From Mobula hypostoma (lineage: Eukaryota): 64,000 nt of DNA. Shown in pieces: positions 12,088-24,230 of the stretch. The stretch lies in assembly GCF_963921235.1 (NCBI RefSeq), contig NC_086097.1, positions 148,244,001 to 148,308,000 of the forward strand, written 5' to 3'. Under the pieces are notes generated by a model that was not told where the DNA came from, made no database searches, and worked only from the letters and a program-made list of their open reading frames with translations. Each line of letters begins with the position of its first letter. The stretch's first letter is position 1. A program made the translations under genes and the position numbers.

Positions 12088-12240
12088 CAGGTTGACCTTC
12101 ACTAATCCAGCACCATTGGGACCTGAGGAGTGCCGGATTAGTGAAAATGCCGAATTACAGAAGGATCACATTAAGCATAATCAGTGTCGGATTATCGAAG
12201 GTACCGGATCACAGGTAGTCGGATTAGTGAAGGTCGACTG
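12088..12240. mobile_element. MITE, Tc1/mariner (Tigger/pogo-like)
   Basis: Terminal inverted repeats caggttgaccttcactaatcc / ggattagtgaaggtcgactg. TA follows the right end. Internal cggatta sub-repeats. Confidence 0.65.
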
Positions 12241-12599
12241 TAGTACAATTCTTCAATACACAGGGCCCTGTGGTTTCACCATGAGAGTGTTTTGGGTGCA
12301 GTTTATATGGCAGCTGTTCTGATTTGCCTCTCAGGGCTTGAAGAGAGCATCTCCAATACTGCCCCTCTTCTCCTCGCTGGTTTCCTGGTATCCTTCCCTT
12401 ATGATCTAGAGCTGAAGGGAAGATTGATGGGAGCAAAGGAGTAGGAAGAGAAAGATGAAGATGATGACGACTGACAAAGTGCATCTTTGTGTCTGACATC
12501 CTGCAGCATCACTTCAGTAACTGGCACATAAGTGGAGCAGATTAGAGCGAAGTATATGTTATCGAACAGGTATGAGCAGTTTGCAGTTGCACAAGGTGC

Positions 12600-14495
12600 A
12601 TTGAATTGAATTTATTTCTTACATCCTTCACATACACGAGGAGTAAAAATCTTTATGTTAAGTGTGCAATCATAGAAATTTATAATAATTTATAATAAAT
12701 AGTACAATCAATGTAACATAGTATGTACTTAAATCAGCGTGAGTTAATCAGTCTGATGGCCTGGTGGAAGAAGCTGTCCCGGAGTCTGTTGGCCCTGGCT
12801 TTTATGCTGCGGTACCATTTCCCGGATGGTAGCAGTTGGAATAGATTGTGGTTGAGGTGACTTGGGTGCCCAATGATCCTACGGACCCTTTATACACACC
12901 TGTCTTTGTAAATGTCCTGAATCATGGGAAATTCACAACTACAGATGCGCTGGGCTGTCTACACCACTCTCTGCAGGATCCTGCGATTAATGGAGGTACA
13001 GTTCCCATACCAGGCAGTGATGCAGCCAGTCAGGATGCTCTCAATTGTGCCCCTGTAGAAAGTTCTTGGGATTGGGGGCCCATACCAAGCTTCCTCAACT
13101 ATCTGAGGTGAAAGAGGCACTGTTGTGACTTTTTCAGCACACAGCTGCTATGTACAGACACGTGAGGTCCTCGATGATATGGATGCCAAGGAACTTGAAG
13201 CTGTTTACCCTCTCAACCCCAGATGCATTGATGTCAATAGGGGTTATCCCATCTCCATTCCTCCTGTAATCCACAGCCAGCTCCTTTGTGTTTGTGACAT
13301 TGAGGGAGAGGTTGTTTTCTTGACACCACTGAGTCAGAAAGATGACTTCTTCCCTGTAGGCCACCTCGTTATTGTTTGAGATAAGGGCAATCAACGTAGT
13401 GTCATCGGCAAATTTAATTAGCAGATTAGAGCTGTGGGTGGTGACACACTCCTGGGTATACAGGGAGTAAAGGAAGGGACAGTACACAGCCCTGAGGGAC
13501 TCCTGTGTTGAGAGTCAGAAGGTTGGAGGTGAGGGAGCCCACTCTTCCCACCTGCCGGTGATCTGACAGGAAGTCCAGGATCCAGCTGCTCAAGGCATGG
13601 TCAAGGCCGAGGTCTCTGAGCTTCTTGTCAAGCCTGGATGGAACTATGGTGTTGATTGCTGAACTGTAGTCCAAGAACAGCATTCTCACATAAGCATCCT
13701 TCTTCTTCAGATGTGTAAAGACGGTATGTAGAGCAGTGGCTATTGTGTCATCTGTCGATCGGTTGTGTCGGTAGGCGAATTATAGGGGGTCTAGTGTGGA
13801 TGGTAGCATGTTGTAGATATAGTCCTTGACCAGCCTCTCAAAGCATTTGCTTATTATTGAGGTGAGTGCGACAGGATACCAATCGTTCAGGCATGTTGCC
13901 TCGGTCTTTTTTGGTACAGGGACAATGGTGGATAATTTGAAGCAAGAGGGCAGTCTACACTGGAAGAGGGAGAGATTAAAAATGTCAGTAAACACACCTG
14001 CCGGTTGTACCGAGCACATCCTGAGCATTCGCCCTGGGATGCCATCCGGTCCTGCAGCCTTGTGACTGTCCACTCATTGGAAACATCTGCCTACCTCAGC
14101 TCAGAGATGACTAAGTTGCAGGTTGAAACCGGTTTTCCCTCGGAGGCTCAGAGTTAGCAATAGTGAACTGAGCGTAAAAGCGATTGAGCTCATCTGGGTG
14201 AGAGGCCGTGATGTTGGCAGCACCACAACATTTGGCTTTGGTATGCAGCCCTCGCCACAAGTCACGTGTGCTATTCGTTGTGAAACCTGACTCAATCTCG
14301 TCCCTGTATTGTTGTTTTGTAGCCTTGATAGCTTTGCGCAGATCATAGCTGTTTTTCTTGAGCTCCTGCTGATTGCCGGCAATGTAAGCTCTGTGTCGTG
14401 CAGTAAGTGCTGCTTGCATCGAACTATTGATCTGGTTCAGGAAGACCCTGAGGAAGACTCTGGGGGACAACATCTGGGGTAGCATGTAGCTGGAA
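12600..14495 (-). mobile_element. Rex1/Babar-like LINE, 5'-truncated
   Basis: ORFs 13780..14073 ([11 protein letters not shown]...NDWYPVALT), 13426..13689 (RMLFLDYSSA...GVPQGCVLS) and 13134..13487 (KFADDTT...FKFLGIHI). (attga)n tail at 12600. Confidence 0.85.
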
Positions 14496-14959
14496 TTCAT
14501 TGATTGTCCTATTTGCTGTCCCTCAGGGAACTAAAATGAAGTCAATAATCGGGATTATTTCCTCACAATGTGCGCGTGGACATGCAACAGGGTGGTTAGT
14601 GAATTCTGATTTTTTTTTTCCATTCCACATGATCATAATCAGAGTCAGATTTATTAGTACTGTTTTATATAATCTGAAATTTGTTGCTCATTTGGTTCAC
14701 CAATTTACATGTAGATTAACATGATACGTAGTTATTAAATATCCCACTATTTTGAGATATCATGTGCCCTGGATTACCTTTAATATTGGAAGGGCCAATA
14801 TACACTCCCTCCAATATCTTCTGCCCCTTGTTCTTCCTTAGTTCTATCCACTATGTCTAGTAATTTTCTGACCTATTATGGGCTGATCTGCTGTGTTTTC
14901 TATTTTGTTATTTCTTATAAAACTTAACCATTTTGGAGTATTTAATTCGGTAAAATTAT

Positions 14960-15210
14960 TGCATTTTATCAGGAAGACTGAGTACATCATTGAATCTATT
15001 ACCTTGACTGATGTGACAGAGCTCAAAATAGAGTAACTGTTTTGGGAGCCTGATGTTGTCTGTGTGAATGGTGTGGCCAGCCCAACAGAGCCAAGTGACT
15101 ATCATTCGGGGCTTGAGTTCTGCAACTGAGTTCTTGAGCTCATGTTGGTTCAATAATCCTTCCACTGATTTTTGCAGAGACAGCATTAGTATCTTCTGTA
15201 GGGTGTCCAT
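14960..15210 (-). mobile_element. RTE LINE C-terminal fragment
   Basis: ORF 14956..15210 LCWAGH...RLPKQLLYFEL matches the RTE LRWAGH..RLPKQLLYGEL motif. Confidence 0.65.
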
Positions 15211-15767
15211 GTTACTGCTCTGATGCCTGACCGACTGAGTTTTGCCAGCATTTTCTATTTTTGTATTGTATTTCCAATGTCTGCAGTTTCTTTGATTTTC
15301 ATTTGAAGAGAATTTTAGTATGGAATGGAATAATTGTTAGCAAATACAGTATACCCATTTCTACCCTTATGATTAAAGAAACTCTTGATAAAGCAAAGCC
15401 TTGAATAATGTTGAACTGGTATATTGCTCTACAATGATGTACTAGTGATGTAATCATTGACCTACCACATCATCTGACATCTTTTATCGTTTGAGCTATA
15501 ACTCCTCTCATTACCCATTGACCTAATTTACTCTGACTTCCTATAACACTGCTGGTCAAATGCTGCTTTGCCGCTTTCATGTCAAGAACAGTGACTGTCA
15601 ACTCACATCAGGAATTCCAATTTTTAGTCTCCAATGTACAGGAGCCAATACTGAATTCAACAATTCAAGGAAACTCACTTTCTCTATTTGAAAGAATTGA
15701 ATAAGAATTGAGCAGCTCTCTTGTGCGGTTAGCCATCCGTAACATTAATTACAGATGGCTAACATTA

Positions 15768-15937
15768 AGGGAGTTAGATATGGCCCTTGTGGCTACGGGG
15801 GTCAGGGGGTATGGAGGGAAGGCTGGGGCAGGGTTCTGAGTTGGATGATCCGCCATGATCATAATAAATGGCGGTGCAGGCTCGAAGGGCCGAATGGCCT
15901 ACTCCTGCACCTATTTTCTATGTTTCTATGTTTCTAT
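15768..15937 (+). mobile_element. CR1 3' end
   Basis: ggctcgaagggccgaatggcctactcctgc hairpin region and a (tttctatg)n tail. Confidence 0.75.
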
Positions 15938-16110
15938 TCAATTTTCTCTCTCCACAAATGCCGCTTGGTCTGACAGACATTTCCAGCATTCTCTTTCTGG
16001 TTTTAGTTCTCTGTCTTGCATTTCACCACTTCTACATGTTCCCTTGATTTTTTCCCTCTCACTGCCCTTCATAAACAGTATAACCCCACACAACATTATG
16101 GTTAGGTTTG

Positions 16111-16804
16111 TGTTAGGGTTGAGGTTCAATCTGACACAGTGTTTGGTGACTGCCCAAGTGCAGAGGGAGAGACACAGTACCTGGATGAATGCTCACTGAA
16201 TTTTAATGAGATCTGTACAGAACCAAAGGAAAATAATAAACGCTCGTCCAACTGAGCCTCTAACAAAAACCCTCAAACTAAAATCTAATGTCGTCGCTAT
16301 GGCTTGAAAGCAGTAATTTAATACTAATTAATTGTCGCTCCCTTATAGCAACAGTCTAAATTGTACTTCTTTCTCAGAACGCTGACTAAGGTAAGCAGGG
16401 AACTTTGCCATTGCTATGCTTCAGTCAAGACTCAACAAAACTGAAATGAAAAGGAAGTTAAGTACAACCACAAATAAACTCTAATTGGCCGGAATGTGCA
16501 TTCTCACAAGTGTGATTGCCGACCAGCTGCAGTGAGCGTGCCAAGACTCCACGGCAGAGTCCGTAGTTGTGACACAATCTTAAATAAAGTTATGGCCCAA
16601 ATAGATAGAGAAAGTCTCAGTTTAATAACCAGTTCAAATGTACAGCTGTGCATGTGCACAGTCAAGTCAATCTTAATTATATACTCATGGCCTTTTGACA
16701 CAGGAACACTGGTAGACCGCCAACATATCAGAACATTACAAAACACGAAGGCAATTAACTTTGGTTCAATATTTTTTGGACAAAAAAGGGAAGGTTATTT
16801 TACA
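16111..16804. mobile_element. Possible solo LTR
   Basis: Bounded by TG...CA with near-matching 4-nt flanks (tttg/tgtg). No second copy in the window, so support is weak. Confidence 0.25.
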
Positions 16805-17246
16805 TGTGAAATGATTTCAGAATGTTGAGAATTTAGTGTCAGATATTAGTTTACAGCTATATGAGTCATAAAGAGATCAACCATCAAGTCATGGAATGTC
16901 AAGATGATACAGGCTGTAAGTGACACTGCATCATCTTGTGTATATCAAATGCTAGCATCAAGCATTTTGACATCAGGGATGCCAAGATGGAGGATGATCA
17001 CATTCCAAGCATGAAAATAGCTCAAAGTTGATATACAACATGATTCGCAAATAATCATGGCAAAAGGCAATAGCAAGAACCACGTTTCTGGTGCTGTGAG
17101 GCAGAGGCCCTACTAACTGACCCACTATGCTGCTCCGAAGCTGTGCTACACTGCTACCATTGTGGCAATAGAAATTTACATAGCACTCTGCCTCTGGTCT
17201 AACCAATATTTTATAAAATTATACCATAAGCTCTCTGCTCTAACAG

Positions 17247-18030
17247 CATTGGACATCAATTTTTTTTCGAAAGCATTGCTTCCTCAGAAATTAATTTGTT
17301 TATGATTGACCACTTGAAGCTGACAAAAATATAATTTCAGACTACTTGCATCATGTAGGAGGTTGGAGAAACAAGAAATTAACTTTTATTGAATATAATG
17401 TGTTTAATTACATAACGATTGTGATGCTTTGCAATAGTTCAACTTAGCTAAAAGTGTTTTGTTGATGATTTTCATTTGTACTCATTGTCTGAGGCTTCTC
17501 ACTTAAGTGTCCAACAATAATCAGCCATCAATTGATGGATTCCAGTTGCCCTGATACCGTTTCTCCATGACTGCAATATCCTGGTGAAACCTCTCTCCAT
17601 GCTCATCACTGACAGCACCAAGATTTGCAGAGAAGCTGTCTAAATGGGAAAGCAGAAAATGAATCTAGTGACATGTTGCACTTCACAGTTTTGTATGCTT
17701 GAAGCATGTTGTCAACCAGCTGTTTAGTGTTCTATATTTGCCAAGAAAATTTACAACATCCTTGAATGCCTTCCATGCAACTTTCTCCGGTGTCACTAGT
17801 TCTTCCAATTGCCTGTCATTGATGAACTGTTTGACTTGTGGACCAACAAATATGCCTTCCTTAATCTTGGCATCAGTAACTCTGACTTGAATTTTGAATT
17901 GAAATAATAAATATAGGCAATTTTAAAAACTGGTGCATGATAGGAAAATTTCATGGTGATTTTCATGATCAGCAACCCAAAATCCATAAGGCACACTCAA
18001 AAGTATCCAGGAAGCAAAATCTTGTACTAC
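17247..18030 (-). mobile_element. Chapaev3-like (CMC) DNA transposon, internally deleted
   Basis: Minus strand 17448-17885 encodes, with frameshifts, DAKIKEGIFVGPQV...KVAWKAFKDVV...NMSL.IHFLLSHLDSFSANLGAVSDEHGERFHQDIAVMEKRYQGNWNPS..MADYCWTL. Confidence 0.8.
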
Positions 18031-18986
18031 ATCTAATGAAGGGAAGTATCCTTTATGCCTTCTTAATCCATGCTATTGAGATTAGCTGTCAGTCACAAAT
18101 GGAATCTGTTACTGATATTGCTCATGAAATCCATAAAGAAGCCATCAAATTTGAATAATTGTTAAGGGAAAGTGGATGGTTGCAAGAAGTGATTCTTTAT
18201 CTGAAGGTGAATTCCAGTCTGTCAAGTACCACAATGTCAGACTTGCTAATTCAAATATTGTAGATGCCCAAAGGCCATGGATTAACTTTAGTGTTGATTT
18301 GTTTACTTTGGTGACGATTTATTTGCTATTGTCAATGTCCACAATGCATCACTTGTTGCGGAAGTTGCTAGTTCTATGCTTGCGAAAGCTGCCATCCTAA
18401 AATTTCATTGGGCATATTTGCAGTACTGTACTTGAATTGCATACAGTGAGCAGAGATAATACACTGCAGTCAATGGTGATAAATTAAGGAAGTATACAAC
18501 CTATTTAGGTTTCACCTGCAGGATAATCATGTCTCCCTGGCCAATGGTGGTGTGGTTATTTATCCAAAACTAAAGAAAGTTATCAGCACTGCTCCTGGTA
18601 AAGTAATTCATGGTAACAAAATGTTGGTTGTATTTTATAAACATTACATTTACCAACAGGGATACTGCCAGTTGCAATAATTTTTGCAAAACCAATTTAT
18701 AACACACATGCCTTCAATAAGTATTCCAGGAGAAGACAATCAGTATCCAAATGAGTCTAACAAAGTCAGGAAAGATGGTGTGAAAAATGCAAAGATGTAT
18801 TTGATATTCAGGCTTATGACATTAACATGTGTGTACACAGGTCTAATGCAACACAATAAATCAGACAAATAGAAAACTCCATGCTTCAAGTGATTGCTGC
18901 AACATGATCATGATCTCAGTATTGCATGGTCTGTAAAGCATTGCACAACAGCTCCTACCGTTGTTAAATCTTTCTTTTGGTTATAC

Positions 18987-19253
18987 TGTTGTGTAGTTAA
19001 GATTTCAGTAATACCTGAGTAATCTTGTGTGTGTAAGTATATATATATATATATATATAAAATTTGATCAAGCATTCTTGTTAGTTTAAATAATTCACTA
19101 TGGGTTATATGTAAAAATGTGTGAATTGCATATGTCATCATGCTACCACATGATATCTGTGCATCTCGCATAAACACAAAGTTAGACTTACATTTCACAC
19201 CCCTATTTCTTCCTTTGAATTATTTTAATGTTTTGAAGTTGCAAAACTTAACA
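18987..19253 (+). repeat. 5' LTR
   Basis: tgttgtgta...caaaacttaaca, a direct repeat of 21692-21945. Contains (TA)n at ~19038-19058. Confidence 0.9.
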
Positions 19254-19517
19254 GTGGTGATGAGGTCTTTTTAAACGAACCTGAGGCAGCTCCCTACCTG
19301 TTGAAGCACAGCAAGACACTTGAACTAAAAGAAAGTGCAGTGAGGAATGATGAGTAAAAAACAGTGCAGCATGTGCAGAGATAGTTCAGTTAAAAAAAAC
19401 AGAACAGCATATACATAAGGGAAGACCTGATCATGTAAAAATAAGCTGGAAAACAACAATTCACAGCTTCGTAAACAGTGAATACCGGATAATAATATTC
19501 ATTTTAAAAAATCACAA

Positions 19518-20761
19518 ATGGCTGGCTACATAAGAATGATTGATGAATTTGATTACAGAATGGATAACTGGCTCATGTATACTGAGATAATTCAACAGTA
19601 TTTTGAAGCAAATGAAATAGTCAATGAGAAACAAATACCAATTTCGCTGAGTACATTGGGTTTAGAGATGTATAGATTGCTTCAAAGTTTGACTGCTCCA
19701 ACCGAACCATCAGAAATGAGCTTTGCTGATATTGTGAAAGTAACACAGGAATATTTAGAACTGAAGCCATTGTTGATTGTGGAACACCTTTGGCTTCATA
19801 GGCAGAATCAAAAAGAAGGTGAGTTCAATTCAGCGTCTGTGGCTGAATTGAAGAGATTGTCTGAGCTTTGTCAGTTTGGTAATGGGCTTAATGAAGCACT
19901 GAGAGATTGTTTAGTTTGTGAAATCTTAAATGAAAGCCCTCAAAAATGGCTCCTAATTAAAGCACAACTTACATTTAAAAATAGAGCAGCTGAAATAGCT
20001 TTATTAATGGAAACAGCAGACACAGAATAACTGAGTTACCATTAGGAATGAAGGCGATTGTGAACAAAATTGCAACGTCTAAACAGAAAACGACTTGGTT
20101 GGACAAATTGTGTTACCATTGTAGCAGGGGTTCACATACACCAGACCAATGCAGGCTTAAAGGTGAATCTTGAAGAAAATGCAATAAAGTCGGACATATG
20201 CAAAGAGCATGTTGGGCAGACGAAAATAAATGGTCTGCACAGGGAAGAGAAAAAGCTAACAAGTCCAGTTGCAACTTCAAAGAGAGCACTGATCTGCACA
20301 CTGTTGATGAAAAATCTGATAATGCTGAGAGTGACACAGGACTGTGTAGCCTTGAGATTTACAATATGAAAGCTAATAATAGACAAGCAATATGGCTTAT
20401 ACCTGAAATAAAACAGCAAATTAGTTATAATGGAATTGGACACTGGTTTGGCTGTTACAGTCATTCCATAAAACAAGTTTGAACAGCATTTCAAAGATAC
20501 TGAACTGAAACCTGCGGATATTCTATTAAGAACTTATATCAGAGAAAAGAAAACTTTTGTAGGCATGACATTTGTGAAGGTCAAGTACAATAACCAACAG
20601 GCCACATTGAGCTTGTAAATGGTTAAAACCAGGCGGATAGCATTGTGGGAGTATGGCTGGTTGAGACAACTACAACCTGATTGGAGATCCATCCACCATT
20701 TCCATGCCATATTTCCTATAATAAAGTCAACTGAAAGTGAAAAATACTGGATGATGCCACA
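19518..20761 (+). pseudogene. Gypsy gag (capsid, two CCHC zinc knuckles) and aspartic protease, decayed
   Basis: ORF 19518..20030 (W..Y.E...QYFEAN...Q.EGE....VAELKRLSELCQFG..LNEALRD.LVC). CYHCSRGSHTPDQC at 20111-20152, *RKCNKVGHMQRAC at 20171-20212, MELDTGLAVTVIP at 20430. Confidence 0.85.
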
Positions 20762-20811
20762 ATTATGTCCATGCTGTAGACATGAACTGCTCCCTAACAG
20801 AGTACAAATGG

Positions 20812-21374
20812 GTGTTGGTGCCAGCTTTTGAGCCTCTGGTGGGAAAGCGTATTGGACTAAGGAAGGACCATGCTGCTCAGACAAATCGTGAAAGTGACGA
20901 AAGCAGTGGTCTGACTACAGCAGTCTTTGTAGTCACATATCTGAGAAAGCTTCTGATATGTTAATCAGGCAATTACTTGCAAAATGTGGCTTGGTTTTAA
21001 GTTGGAAAAGAGTTCAAGGAGGTTCAGTAAAGATGCAACCATTCAGCTTTTGTGAGTAAAAAGAACCAGAATCTACTCTGTGTGCATTAAGGTTATTGCA
21101 TGAACTTCAAGTGCGAGACAAAAAGCTGCTTCTATTAGTAGATGCAAAGACCAAAGCCCAGCTGGCTGAATGGAAGGCAAAAAGAAAGGAGTCAATGGAG
21201 ATATGAAAATAGAGGATTTGTCAGATGATATTGTGGATGAGGAAACCAAAAAGAGAGATCAAATTATAAAGGGAGCAACAGAAGGATTAATAAGGGAATA
21301 CTCCAGTGAACTAAATTCAGCTTCCCAAGATCAAAATGCACAAACTAGGAGAAGAAAAAGGAAGGAAAAGAAAG
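20812..21374 (+). pseudogene. RBM25: Processed (intronless) RBM25 fragment including the RRM domain
   Basis: Reads VLVPAFEPLVGKRIGLRKDH...TTAVFV / ISEKASDMLIRQLLAKCGLVLSWKRVQGGSVKMQPFSFCE*KEPESTLCALRLLHELQVRDKKLLLLVDAKTKAQLAEWKAK / KKGVNG...DEETKKRDQIIKGATEGLIREYSSELN...RRRKRKEKK. This matches vertebrate RBM25 as I recall it. Frameshifts at ~20935 and ~21183; stop at 21057-21059. Confidence 0.92.
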
Positions 21375-21691
21375 GTGTTCAGAGCTGTCAGAGCCACTTC
21401 TTGCAGTCTCAGAGTCAACTCCTACAACCACCACAGAGGAGGCCCCTGAACCTGATACTGTATTCACAGCCACAAGTCTCACCTGCCAAGCAGAGTGACC
21501 TCCATTGTAAGAAGGAAGAGTATGAAGTCCTCCACAGGGATTAGATCTTTAGGCCTGATTGGGATAATTTAGATTTTACTATGCTGTGGATGTCTGTATA
21601 GTAGTAGCTGTATTATATAGTATAATGCGTATATAATTGAGATGCATTCTCTATCGAGCTGGAGTTTATAGCAACTGTAAACAGGGAGGAG

Positions 21692-21945
21692 TGTTGTGTA
21701 TTTAGTATTTCCATAATATTTGAGTAATCTTGTATGTATGTCATTTGATTAAGCATTATTGTTCATTTAAATAATTCATTACAGGTTACATGTAAAAAGA
21801 CGACAATTGCATAAGTCATCACATTGCCACATTACACTACCACATGATACTTTCACTTAAAGTAAATACGAGAGTAGACTCACATTTCAGACTGCCATGT
21901 CGTCCTTTGAATTAGTTTCACGTTTTGAAGTTACAAAACATAACA
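21692..21945 (+). repeat. 3' LTR
   Basis: tgttgtgta...caaaacataaca, immediately after the polypurine tract. Confidence 0.9.
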
Positions 21946-22464
21946 GATGCTGTATTATGTTATTGATATTTTATGTTAATATACTTCCTGACATGCCTGG
22001 CGCGCCCAGTGTCTTGGGTGTGGTGTGGCAATAAAGTTCTTTTTGTTTTGCCCTGTGCTCAGCAACCAATTTGTATTACTAATCACAGGCACATGGGTCA
22101 AAATATCACCTCAGTTCATCACCACATGCAAGGCTCTCAGATTCCTTCCTGTAGGATGAGTACTTCTGCAATTAAAGCATTATGAAAACTAGCCTATACC
22201 TGAATGAAGTAATACTAAATGAAAAATTGTAATTGGGGGTAATCTTGAATCAGAGATCATACCTACCTGTTGGTAATGAGTTGCCCAAGAAATCTGGAAA
22301 GCTGGGTAGGAGAAAAGCAAAACTGTTGTAGTTGGGCAGCAAACAAAGTGGCTGCTGAAGTTCTGTAAATTGCATATTTGCTTATTTTTATACATGTTTT
22401 GTTTTGAACCAGTAACATGGATTCCACAAAATTTCACTCTCCAGGATGGGATACATTTTCAGTA

Positions 22465-23350
22465 TCTCAAAGTTCAGAGTTCAAGGTAATTTTTATTATC
22501 AAAGTATATACAGTATATGTCACCATATACAGCTCTGAGATTCATATTCTTGTGGGCATACTCAATAAATCTACAGAACAAAAATAACCATAATCGAATC
22601 AATGAAGGACTGCCCAACTAGGGCATGCAGCCAGAGAGCAGAAGACAACAAACTGTGCAAATGAAAAAGGAAGAAACAATAATATAAATAAATATTGAGA
22701 ACATGAGATGAAGAGTCCTTGAAAGTGAGGCCATTGATTGTGGGAATATTTCAATGACGGGATAACTGAAGTTGAGTGAAGTTATTCCCCCTGGTTCAAA
22801 AGCCTGATTGTTGAGGGGTAATATCAGTTCCCAATCCTAATGGTGTGGATCCTGAGGCTCCTTCCTTATGGCAGCAGTAAGAAGAGAGCTTGGCCCAGAT
22901 GGTGGGGTACTTGATGATGGATGCTGCTTTTCTGTGGCAGTGCTCCATGTAGATGTTCTCAGTGGTGGGGAGGGCTTTACTTGTGATTCACTACTTTTTG
23001 CGGACTTTTACTTTCAAGGGCATTGGTGTTTCCATACTAGATTGTAGTACAACTAGTCAATGTACTCTTTGCTACACATCTATAAAACTTTATCAAGGTT
23101 TTAGGTGACATGTCAAATTTTTGCAAACTTTTAAGAAAGTAGAGGTACAGCTGTGCTTTCTTCATAATGGTATTTATGTGCTGAACCAGTGACAGATCCT
23201 CTGAAATGATAACACCAAAGAATTTAAAGTTGCTGACCTTCTCCACCTCTGATCCCTGATGAGGAATGGCTCATGGACCTCTGGTTTCCTCCCCTTGAAG
23301 TCAATAATCAGCTCCTTGGTCTTGCTGGCATTGAGTGAGAGTTGTTGTTA
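22465..23350 (-). mobile_element. Rex1/Babar-like LINE 3' part
   Basis: ORF 23037..23246 (EKVSNFKFFGVIISEDLS...KKAQ..LYFLK.L.KF). The 3' UTR is homologous to 137-833. Confidence 0.75.
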
Positions 23351-23944
23351 TGTTGCGATGCCTATAAAATGAGACAAGGCGAAAGAACGCATAATGGGTT
23401 AAATCAGAGACAGGTTGTATAAGTTTGCAGGCTGTTAATACATCCCTGAGAAATGAAAATGGAGGTGTTTAAATTGTGAAAATGGTTCAGTATGGTAAAT
23501 ACAAAGACAATTCCTCTGGAGAAAAAAAAATCAAATAGTTAGAGTTGAGCCATTTTATAGAATGACATATTACAGATGGAAACCAGATGGCCCACTGTGC
23601 CTGTTTAGCTCTTTGAAAGAGTTATCCAATTAGACTCAGTTCCCCTGCGGTTTTTGTGTTGCCCTGCAAATTTTCCACCTTCAAGTATTTATCCAATTGC
23701 CTTTTTGAAAGCTGTTACTGAATCTGCTGCCACCATCCTTTCAGCCAATGTTTTCAAAATAATAACAAGGTGTGTAAAAGCTACTCCTTGCCACCTCTGC
23801 TCCTTTTGTCAATCACCATAAATCTATGTTTTCTCATTACTAAATACTGTCCTTCTGAAAACTGCTTCTCCATGTTAATGCTTTCTAAGCCATGACCCAA
23901 CCTCCCCCCCCACTATAAAACATCACAATTTTAAACACTCCTAG

Positions 23945-24230
23945 ATAACCTGGACTATTTCACACATTTCAGGGGTCACTTCTCAGTGAAGGCAAGCAAT
24001 GATGATGAAATTCACCAGCATAGCCTTTGGTGGATTGAATAGGAGAGCATTTGAAGATCAACAGCTCAGACCAGGCATAAAACCAACTGCCTGCTGGGTA
24101 GTAGTGTTCGCTGCCCTCAAGAGTGATTCTGAGACCTGGACCTTACCTTTCATGGCAGACAGTATTAGGTATTGAAAAGATAACCTTAATGCTGCCTCTG
24201 TAAAATCCTCTAAATTCACTGGAACAACAC
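23945..24230 (+). mobile_element. RTE LINE fragment, decayed
   Basis: Remnants of the RTE C-terminal region (S.KA..DDEI..., AFG.L..R.FED, SETWT). Confidence 0.5.

Larger units (their letters stand above)
18987..21945 (+). mobile_element. Gypsy-type LTR retrotransposon, internally deleted, carrying a captured RBM25 fragment
   Basis: 5' LTR 18987-19253 and 3' LTR 21692-21945, both TGTT...AACA. PBS-like gtggtgatgagg at 19254 and PPT agggaggag at 21683-21691. gag and protease are present; no RT/RH/IN motifs seen. Confidence 0.9.

Noticed and set aside
20782..21544. Functional RBM25 gene or functional RBM25-Gypsy fusion ORF (21170..21544)
   Set aside because: Two frameshifts, an in-frame stop and missing N- and C-termini. 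The downstream part of the ORF appears to read the TE tail out of frame.
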